From Octopus sinensis (lineage: Eukaryota), in NCBI RefSeq assembly GCF_006345805.1, contig NC_042999.1, positions 95,666,001-95,730,000 of the forward strand: a stretch of DNA of 64,000 bases. Reading direction: 5' to 3'. Positions 53,921 through 64,000 of the stretch are shown piece after piece. Every line of letters starts with the position of its first letter. The stretch's first letter is position 1. Below the pieces are notes generated by a model. The model saw only the letters and a program-made list of their open reading frames with translations. It had not been told where the DNA came from and did no database searches. Both the position numbers and the translations under genes were made by a program.

Positions 53921-54335
53921 AGGACGTGGGTGTGTTGTAACAAGTTTGCTTCCCAACCACATAGTTCTAGGTTCAGTCCCACTGTGTGGAGCCTTAGACT
54001 AGTGCCTTCTACTATAACCCCAAGTTGACCAAAGCCTTATGAGAGAAATTGGTAGAAAAACACCCTGTCTTATATATGTGTGTGTGCATCTGTGAGTGTG
54101 TGTATGTTTGTGTCTTCTTGTCTTAACTTCACATGGTAGCTGTCAAATGGCTACCACTGTCATATAAGCAGTGTCATTCATTTCCAATATTCTGCAAGAA
54201 CATGTCTGGCTATGGGAAATATCTTGGCTGGACACAGGTGAGGTTTGGTGACCAGAATGGCATCTTGTCTTGGAAAGATCTGCTTCAATAAACTCCATCT
54301 GATCCACGCAAGTATGGAAAAGTGGCATTAAAATA
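53921..54335 (+). mobile_element. tRNA-headed SINE with internal (TG)n and an RTE-like tail
   Basis: AAGTTTGCTTCCCAACCACATAGTTCTAGGTTCAGTCCCACTG head, GACCAAAGCCTT, internal microsatellite, and tail GGTGAGGTTTGGTGAC...GCAAGTATGGAAAAGTGGCATTAAA. Confidence 0.75.
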
Positions 54336-54951
54336 ATGAAGATTATATGTTGTGTGTGTGTGTGTATACATAAATGCACATACGCACGTGCACACACACA
54401 CACACACACACACATAATGTATATATTTTATATATATATATATATATCTCTTCCTAGAGTGGCCAAAACAGCTTCTTCTCACAATGCATAACCAAGGAAA
54501 TCTGTCACCTATTAGGCTTGGTATAACATCAGACTCATGTTGTGCATCTTATATACCCCAATATTAGATTATTTTCTTTAGCCAATACACGGTGATCGCT
54601 TATAAGCTTTAAGCTTACAATCATTATGATATATATATATACATGCATATATTTTAAGTATGGGAAAAAGAAACAGAAAATGGAGAAATTAACATATATA
54701 GACATCAATTTACTAGAGGATAATACAATTCTGAACAACATCAAACTCTGTTTACCCACAATTGTTTTCATGCCCATTTGCTTCAATTTCAGAAATTAAA
54801 TTAAATTTCCATATTGAATATTGTTAATTGGGTATTTCATCAGGGGGTGAATTTGATAGAAAGGAGCTACATTCCAATGTGTTGCTTGAGCCTTGCTAGA
54901 CTCAGATATGTTTCATCAACCAAAGTGTTTAAAAAACTGTTACTTATGTAT

Positions 54952-55522
54952 ATCATCATCATCATTTAACGTCCGTTTTCCATGCTAGCATGGGTTGGAC
55001 GGTTCAACTGGTGTCTGGGAAGCCAGGAGGCTGCGCCAGGCCCAGTCTGATCTAGCAGTGTTTCTACAGCTGGATGCCCTTCCCAATGCCAACCACTCCG
55101 AGAGTGTAGTGGGTGCTTTTTATGTGCCAGACGAGGCTGGCAACAGCCACAATCGGATGGTGCTTTTTACGTGCCACCGGCACGGAGGCCAGTCGGGGCG
55201 GCGCTGGCAACGGCCACGTTCGGACGGTTCTCTTACGTGCCACCGGCACTGGTCTCTCAGCTACAATTTCCATTGCTGTTGAAAGATTTCGATTTCAATT
55301 TTCACTTGCCTCAACAGGTCTTCACAAGTAGGGTTTGTGTCACAAGAAGGAACGGTATGCATAAGTGGGCTGGCTACATCCCAGGTAGAGACCACGGGTT
55401 ATGGTCTCACTTGTCCTGCCGGGTCTTCCCACGCACAGCATACTTCCAAAGGTCTCGGTCTCTGGTCATTTCCTTGGTGAGACCTAAAGTTCGAAGGTCG
55501 TTCTTCACCACCTCATCCCAGT
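54952..55522 (-). mobile_element. Young 5'-truncated RTE copy (ORF C-terminus plus complete 3' UTR)
   Basis: Colinear with 58268-58960 and retains many CpGs. Begins in the RT C-terminus (WDEVVKNDLRTLGLTKEMTRDRDLWKYAVRGKTRQDK*). Confidence 0.9.
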
Positions 55523-56339
55523 AAATGCAAATTTGTTTAATGCATTTGTGTGCATGTGTGTATAATGTGTTCACAAAAACAAAAGCAAAATATCCATTAG
55601 CTTAATATTTGAATATGATTATTTTAAACTAGAAACTAAAAAGGCATTATTCCTAACTTGCATTATTACTTATGATAGAGCGAAATGTCATTATAGTATT
55701 TAATCACTTAATAAATTTATTATAAGTCACCCAGTCGCAATCTAGAAATTATAATTAAATAATAAATTATCATTATTATTATATTTTTATTTTAAAAACG
55801 ATAGTTACGTATATGTAATATTTTCATTATGTATTTGTGCATGCTTGTGTTAATGTGTTGAAAGCTACGAGACAATGACAAATCAAAAATGCTTACTAAT
55901 TACCATAGCTGAATATTATGTCATCAATATTTGTGCACAATATATTAGTTTACTTGATAATGTGAACAGATACATACGAGCTTCATTGAGGGAAGCACTT
56001 ATGTTAACAAATCAAAATTAATGAATTTAATAAAAATTAAGACCATTTTTGAATTAATATGTAGTGTCTTTAACTTAAGATTACCAATTATTTTTGAAAT
56101 ATATTAATCTCAGATTCCTAAGATATCTACTTAAATTAAAATCCTATTAACCTTTATATAATACAGTAACCTGTAAATAAAATATTATGTCCATATTTAC
56201 CATATATTTTAATATTAATATGATATCTACTATGAATTACCTCATCTTTATAGTTATAATTGTTAGTATATCAATCCTGAGATACCTCCTAAATTTATAG
56301 TCCTGGTAACTTTTACATTGTATTTAATGGTAGTTTTTG

Positions 56340-57720
56340 AAAACATATTTATAGGTGTGAACACTGGATAGCCCACCTTTTTACCTTGTGTTAAGGAGTC
56401 TACGTTTGGAATTTAAGATTTGGTATAATAATTCTTCTATGCAAAGAAAACAAAAGGCATTGCCAATTTTATAAGCACTGACCCTGCTTATTATTTCCCA
56501 TCCAACAGTAAACATTTTATTCTTGTCCTTTAAGTTCCAAATAAATTTACTAAGACTGATATAAGACGACTTATTAACTGTGTAATTGTGATTAGCGATG
56601 CTCTTTTTGATATAGTTTTGCATAGTACCGATGTAAAAGAAATTCCTACCTTCATATTTCACTCTATATCCATACACTACAACAGTTATTTCTATCTTTG
56701 CAATCACAATATACATTTTCAATTCTATTCATAATACTATTATGATTTATATGATTAGATAGAGCATGATCATGATTTGCATCGTTATTTCTATTCTTTG
56801 GATTAAGATGGAATTTAAAGTGGGTTGTTTTCTCTTGTACGTTAGAAAACTTATACATTTTTCACTAACATTGTATCTTAGAATATTATTGTTGCATTTT
56901 ATCAGCTAATTATTGCTATAAAAATTTGATAGTTTCCTCTCCTTAAGGGAAGAAATAATATGGGACATATCACAACTTTATCACAATCTTCAAAACAGAA
57001 AAAGTCATATGGAGAAAACTAGAGTTAATTACATCATAATATCAATTTTCTTTGATAAAATGTTTAGAAAATAGTTTGTATAAAGATCCAACTAAATTGT
57101 TCTTAATTTGGTTAATGAATAGAATGTGACAAATAATATTATTCTTATCAGAAGGTAAATTATGATTTTCAAATTATTTAATCTTACTATACTTATATGG
57201 GTTGTGTCTTTTAATTCCATTATTTCTATTACTAATATCCTGAGCATTATCCGATGTACGATGCAGTAAATTGGTTTTCATGTTTTGCATATCATTGTTA
57301 TCTATAAGATGTTTATTTTTATAATTTTTCTATCCTTATTTCTATTAGGCCCTTTAAAAATATAGCTACCATGAGTAACTCCCATGTTATTACAGCCACC
57401 ATGGTTGACATTTTGTGCATAATACTTTAACTTCTGGCTATAACCAGCTTTGCTGAGTGGCATATTTTCTTAAATTGAAGTAATTGGGCATGGAAACAAT
57501 TGTAGGTGAAATTGAGTTTCATATTGTTCAGCATTGTAATTCTTTTCTAATTAATTGATGTCTATATGCCGATTTCTCGATTTTCTTTTCCTCATACATA
57601 AAATATAGCATGACCATTTCCATCAAAGCGAAGCTAGCATCTTTGATTTTTCACTGATACACTGGATATAACTAGGGAACTTGGATGCTGACATCCCTTT
57701 TGGAGGATAGTTACCTTTGA
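56340..57720 (-). mobile_element. Penelope-like element remnant (RT thumb, linker, GIY-YIG)
   Basis: ORF 56381-56722 reads VVVYGYRVKYEGRNFFYIGT...ANHNY...SLSKFIWNLKD...VGWEII...CFLCIEE...LLNTR. Upstream: CDCKDRNNC, LFSKHFIKEN and PLSKAGY. Confidence 0.8.
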
Positions 57721-58267
57721 TTTAATGATATATATATATATATATCAATCCTGAAGAGAAGCACACCCTTAGATAAAAGAAATGATACTTCACATATTTA
57801 AATTTTTATTGTTTACGGTAGTTACTTTTAAATGGAGTGGGATGTTTAAAGTTAGAAATGCATACGAGTTGACGTAATAAATATTTTAGAAACAGATGTC
57901 AAATGCTATTTCCAACCGATAATTGCAAAGCATGTTTGTCATACAGAGCATGAAATCAATTGTTATTGGGACATGTATTACTTATCTTCGTATTCCATTG
58001 AGAGGTAGGCCTATTTTTTAAAAATGTTCATTGCATTGCTCGTGTGTATATTTATTGTAAAATTTATGGTGGTTTTCTGAAGCTGTGGCTTTGATTTTTA
58101 GCAAGGGGTATTTTTACCCTTCTTTCTTCAATTATTTTATATTGTACCTGTAGAGGTAGAAACCTTGCTAGCCACCTCATTATTACTGTTTTTTAATGGT
58201 AATAATACTTCATACACACATACACATGTGTGTGTGTGTGGTGTGTGTGTGTGTGTGTATATATATA

Positions 58268-60790
58268 TATCATTATCATCGTTTAACGTCTGCTTTCCAT
58301 GCTGGCATGGGTTGGAAGATTTGACTGAGGACTGGTGAACCAGATGGCTGCACCAGGTTCCAATCTGATATGGCAAACTTTCTACAGCTGGATGCCCTTC
58401 CTAATGCCAACTACACCAAGCGTGTAGTAGATGCTTTTATGTGCCACCGGCACGAGAGCCAGTCAGGCGGTACTGGCAACAGCCATATTCAAATGGTCTT
58501 TTTTATGTGCCACCTGCACAGGAGCCAGTCAAGCAGCACTGGCAACGACCTCACTCGAATATTTTTTCACATGCCACCAGCAGAAGTGCCTGTAAGGTGA
58601 CGCTAGTAACGATCACGTTCGAATGGTGCTTTTTACATGCCACCGGCACAGAAGCCAGTCAGCTACTCTAGCAACGATCATTCTTGGATGGTGCTCTTAG
58701 CGCTCCTCTAGCATAGATGCCAATCATCAAATTTGATTTCGATTTCATTTGCCTCAACAGGTCTTCGCAAGAAGAGTTTAGTGTCCCAAGAAGGAAAGAA
58801 GTGCATAAGTGGGCTGGTTACACCTCTTGTATAGGCCACAGGTTATGGTCTCACTAGGCTTGCTGGGTCTTCTCAAGCTCAGCATATTTCCAAAGGTCTC
58901 GGTCACTTGTCATTTCCTCGGTGAGGCCTAATGTTTGAAGGTCATGTTTCACCACCACATCCCAGGTTTTCCTGGGTCTACCACTTCCACAGGTTCCCTC
59001 AACTGCTAGGGTGTGGCACATTTTCACACAACTATCCTTATGCATTCTCACCACATGACCATACCAGTGCAGTCATCTCTCTTGCACGCCACATCTGATG
59101 CTTCTTAGGTCCAACTTTTGTCTCAAGGTACTTACACTCTGTCGAGTATGCACACTGACATTACATATCCAACAGAGCATACGGGCTTCATTCCTTGTAA
59201 GCTTATGCATGTCTTTAGCAGTCACGGCGCATATTTCACTGCCATGTAGCATGGCTGTTCATACACATGCGTCATACAGTCTACCTTTCATTCTGAGCGA
59301 GAGACCCTTTGTCACCAGCAGAAGTAAGAACTCTCTGAACTTTGCCCAAGCTATTCTTATTCTAGCTGCTACACTTTCAGTGCACCCATCCCAGCGACTG
59401 AATTGGTCACCTAGGTAATGGAAGCTATCAACTACTTCTAGTTTTTCTCCCTGGAATGTGACAAGTTGTTCTCTGCCCATTTTCAGTGTTTATTGCTCCT
59501 GAGCATCTGCCACATACAAAACCTATCTTCCCAGTTAGCCTTTCTGTGATATTGCTGCAACTCTTATGTGTCCATAGCTTACACTGGATACATCTTATAG
59601 AGTTTCTACCTACACCTTTTCTGCAGATTGAGCAGGGCCATCTGTCTGAAGGGATTCGTGGTTTGTCTGCCTTCCTACTTATTAGGACTTTGGTTTTAGC
59701 TAGGTTGACTCTAAGGCCCTTCCATTCTAATCCTTGCTTCCCTGCCTGAAACTTCTCCTCTAGTCCTGATAGTGACTCAGCAGTTAGAGCAAGGTCATCA
59801 GCATAGAGGAGCTCCCAGGGGCATCCGTCTTGAATTCCTTTGTTATTGCCTGGAGTACTATGATAAATAGGAGGGGGCTGAGGACTGAACCTTGGTCGAC
59901 CCCTGCCTCTACCCGGAATTCTTCACTGTACTCATTGCCAACCCTCACCTTACTGACAGCGTCCCTGTACATGGCTTGCACAGCTCTCACTAACCATTCA
60001 TCTATCCCTAGTTTCCTCATTGGCCATCAGATAAGAGATCGCGGCACCCTGTCAAAGGCTTTCTCCATGTCAACGAAAGCCAGGTACAGAGGTTTATCTT
60101 TGGCTAGGTATTTCTCCTGCAGCTGTCTTAGCAGAAATATAGCATCAGTGGTGCTTTTCCCGGCACGAACCCTAACTGCATCTTATCCAAACTGACTCTC
60201 TCCCTAATTAGTTGGGCTCTGACCCCCTCCATGACCTTCATTACCTGATCGAACAACTCAATACCTCTGTAATTATTTGTATCTAAAGCGTCATCTTTAC
60301 CTTTGTAGCAGTTGACTATGGTGCTGCTACACCAGTCATTGGGTATGACTCCTTCGTGTATCACTTGGTTAACTATATGAGTGACTAGGCTATAGCCAAC
60401 ACTGCCAGACATTTTGAGCATCTCTGCAGTGATTCCTGATGGGCCGGGGACTTTCTCTGTCTTCATACTCTTTATTGCTTTATCTACCAAGGTACTGTCA
60501 ATTCAGATAGCTGGTCCCTCTGTTGGGTCAACATTCGGCAGACTCTCTTTATCCCATTCATTCTCTTTATTGAGCAACCTTTCATAGTGGCATCTCCAAA
60601 CCCCTCTCTTTGCATCCTCATTTAGTGCAAATGAACCATCATCCATGCAGACACATTTCTCTCTTATGACAACATGATTCTCTCTCAAACTCTGTCTTGC
60701 AACACGAAAGTTTTTGGTCCTCATGGTGCAGAACATTGGCAAATTTTTACTTTTCTGATTCCCATCTGGCTAAATAAACCTGTCTCCTAG
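58268..60790 (-). mobile_element. RTE-clade LINE, 5'-truncated and frameshifted, RT plus about 590-nt 3' UTR ending in (GAT)n
   Basis: KVPGPSGITAEMLK, NNYRGIELFDQVMKV, GVDQGSVLSPLLFIIV, VVDSFHYLGD...KGLSLRMKGRLYDACV, GRPRKTWDVVVKHDL. The ORF stops at about 58854. Confidence 0.95.
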
Positions 60791-60796
60791 CTTCTC

Positions 60797-60833
<37 letters not shown>

Positions 60834-60845
60834 ATATATATATAT

Positions 60846-61234
60846 GGAATGGAAGCACTCCGTCGGTTACGACGACGAGGGTTCCGGTTGATCCGAATCA
60901 ACGGAACAGCCTGCTCGTGAAATTAGCGTGTAAGTGGCTGAGCACTCCACAGACACGTGTACCCTTGACGTAGTTCTCGGGGATATTCAGCGTGACACAG
61001 AGAGTGACAAGGCCGGCCCTTTGAAATACAGGTACAACAGAAACAGGAAGTAAGAGTGAAAGAAAGTTGTGGTGAAAGAGTACAGCAGGGATCACCACCA
61101 TCCCCTGCCGGAGTCTCGTGGAGCTTTAGGTGTTTTCGCTCAATAAACACTCACAACGCCCGGTCTGGGAATCGAAACCGCGATCCTATGATCACGAGTC
61201 CGCTGCCCTAACCAGTGGGCCATTGCGCCTCCAC
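60846..61234 (-). mobile_element. Young full-length tRNA-derived SINE
   Basis: Minus strand begins GGAGGCGCAATGGCCCACTGGTTAGGGCAGCGGACTC...GGTTTCGATTCCC, with Pol III A box at 61222-61212 and B box at 61179-61167. CpG-rich and flanked by (TA)n. The acceptor stem does not close, so it is not a tRNA gene. Confidence 0.85.
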
Positions 61235-61697
61235 ATATATATATATATTTATGTATGTATCATCATCATCTGTTTTCGTGCTAGCATGGGTTGGACGGTT
61301 CGACCAGGGTCTTGGAAGCCAGGAGGCTGCACCAGGCTCCAGTCTGATCTGGCAGTGTTTCTACAGCTGGATGCCCTTCCTAACATGAACCACTCTGTGA
61401 GTGTAGTGGGTGCTTTTTACGTGCAACCAGCACAGGTGCCAGAGGAGGCTGGCAGCGGCCACGATTGCTTGGTGCTTTTTACATGCCACTGGCACAGCGA
61501 TTGGTTGGTGCTTTTTACGTGCCACCAGCACAGTTTTACATATATATATATATACATATATATATAGATACTGTTGTGTCTGGGGATAGTCATTTTCTTT
61601 TTGTGCCTTATAATGTAACCCACTTACTGGTAAAATTCCCACTTTTTTCTTATTTTTATTTTCCTAAAATATTTCCCAAACCAAATCCAAAAACGAA

Positions 61698-61737
<40 letters not shown>

Positions 61738-61780
61738 GTATATATATATATATTTATATATGCATGTATGTACATATATA

Positions 61781-62017
61781 CATCATCATCATCATCGTTT
61801 AGCGTCCGTTTTCCATGCTAGCATGGGTTGGACGGTTCTGCTGGGGTCTGTGAAGCCAGAAGGCTTCATCAGGCCCAGTCAAATCTGGCAGTGTTTCTAC
61901 GGCTGGATGCCCTTCCTAACGCCAACCACTCCGTGAGTGTATATACGTATATATATATGTATATATATGTATAATATATACATTTATATCTATATGCACA
62001 TATACATACATATACAG

Positions 62018-62077
<60 letters not shown>

Positions 62078-62303
62078 TTGTATATATATATATTATATAT
62101 GCATGTATGTACATATATATGTATATATGTATATATTTGTATATATATATATTTATATATGCATGTATGTACATATATATGTATATATGTATATATATGT
62201 ATAATATATGCATTTATATCTATATGCATATATATATACATATACAGATATATATACATATACATATATATATATATACATATATACATATATATATATA
62301 TAC

Positions 62304-62351
<48 letters not shown>

Positions 62352-62396
62352 CATATATATATATTTATATATGTATATATATATATATATATAATA

Positions 62397-62439
<43 letters not shown>

Positions 62440-62768
62440 GGTATGTAGAAAAATACAACATGGACAAGAACGTATAACTCTTAGAAGACGATACAATAAA
62501 CACGGACAGGACATTCGAAACCCTCAGTCTTCAGTCAAGAACCGGATCATCGTAGTAGTATATAAATGTATATATTATACATATATATACATATATATAT
62601 ACGTATATACACTCACGGAGTGGTTGGCGTTAGGAAGGGCATCCAGCCGTAAAAACACTGCCAGATTTGACTGGGCCTGATGAAGCCTTCTGGCTTCACA
62701 GACCCCAGTAGAACCGTCCAACCCATGCTAGCATGGAAAACGGACGCTAAACGATGATGATGATGATG
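61781..62768. repeat. 209-bp inverted duplication (61781-61989 / 62560-62768), 207/209 identical, 570-bp spacer
   Basis: The arms comprise an RTE tail, its truncation point and about 49 bp of flanking irregular microsatellite, all matching in reverse complement. Confidence 0.95.
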
Positions 62769-63122
62769 ATGATGATTATGCAAAGCCAGAAATCTGGGAT
62801 CTGGAATTATCCAATAATTTTTTGCTAGTTTATTTTGTCTCTTTATCTTCTCTCCTGGTGCTGCATGAATATTTGATTTGGTTTTAGAATCAAGTTTTGA
62901 CTGCTATATCTAGCATGGTGGTATCTTTTAAATACCTTTAATTATAATTTTAATAATAATTATTACTTATGAGGTTTTTATTCCCGTGCTAGCCACTTGA
63001 TATGATCAGTATTTTAAATAACGATCTTATCCTTATGTATATAAATTTATGTACATATATATATATATATATATAGATACATATATGTCTATATATATAT
63101 GTGTGTGTGTGTATATATGTGC

Positions 63123-63162
<40 letters not shown>

Positions 63163-63542
63163 ATATACATATGAGTATATATACATATATATATATGTGT
63201 GTGCGTGTCTGTATACATATTGAACGCTTTCTTTTCTGATGTATCCCTCTAACTTGTGCTCTTTTATCTATCACTGACTTCTTCGTTTTGATGATGTCTA
63301 CCATTGGTAACGAGGCAAAAATATTAATATATACTTTCCTCAGCATGATACACAGAAACGATCATAAACTTAGTCTCACCTTTCTCAGCTAATTAAATAA
63401 TGGCTTCCTAGAGCCAAAGACACAATTCGTATTGTTATTTTCCCTCCATTTTCTTATTCTCTATATAAATATATACAACTAGATATATATATGCATATAT
63501 ATATATGTACATATATATATATATATGTTGCCTGCCCTTTTA

Positions 63543-63593
<51 letters not shown>

Positions 63594-64000
63594 GAATAAA
63601 AACCACTGATGAGGCAAAGCATTTCTTATTCAAAGCCAGAAATCTGGAATGTTTGAACTACATTTCTATGATCAGTCAACAATTTGAGAACTGATGTATT
63701 AAACAAGTCAAACATATCTCAAGCATATCCACATTTGATAAAGTTCAGAGTTTAAGCCAGTTTTGGTGTTGGCTAACATAAATTCATTTATGCTCCACCT
63801 TGATATTTTTTGTTTGTTTTACCATGCACATGTATCCATACACACACACACACACACATATATACTTGTGCATGCATATATAGGTATACATATTTTGTGC
63901 GTGTGTGCGTGCATGTGTGTGTGTGAGATAATCATTTTAACATCTACTTTTCCTGACCTGCATGGATCAGACAAGTGTGTTGTAGTAGGGTTGTTTTACA

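Noticed and set aside
58430-58720. Repeated GTGCCACC(G/T/A)GCA units with variable intervening sequence, superficially CRISPR-like
   Set aside because: Eukaryotic context. The spacers are homologous to each other, and the array is part of the RTE 3' UTR.
61160-61234. tRNA-like sequence with A and B boxes
   Set aside because: No closed acceptor stem, and it continues into a 300-bp SINE body. It is a SINE head.
62500-62545. CTGAAGA...TTCGAATGTC on the minus strand of the CpG-rich insert
   Set aside because: No stem II or stem I, and GAAT instead of GAAA. It cannot be folded as a hammerhead.

Overview
AT-rich eukaryotic (animal) genomic DNA, mostly intronic or intergenic. The huge (TA)n/(TATG)n arrays and the SINE/LINE families resemble those of octopus (coleoid cephalopod) genomes; this is inference from repeat content, not a database match. 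No host protein-coding gene could be identified with confidence. Most ORFs in the track are translated microsatellites or antisense shadows of decayed transposons. Supported content: decayed Penelope-like elements (RT and GIY-YIG remnants), an R4/Dong-type RLE LINE (16.6-19.1 kb), an RTE LINE with a long 3' UTR (58.3-60.8 kb) plus about a dozen truncated tail copies, CR1-type LINE fragments, mariner/Tc1 and hAT remnants, and tRNA-derived SINEs. Best leads: (1) a nearly canonical type I hammerhead ribozyme motif at 114-207 (minus), with two variant or decayed relatives at 1060-1096 and 15515-15558; (2) near-perfect local inverted duplications (81 bp and 209 bp arms) and a nested foldback element, all potential dsRNA/ADAR substrates; (3) a sharply bounded CpG-retaining zone at about 30.4-34 kb that probably marks an unmethylated promoter or intergenic region; (4) a few weak candidate exons. 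All coordinates were read by hand; repeat boundaries are approximate.
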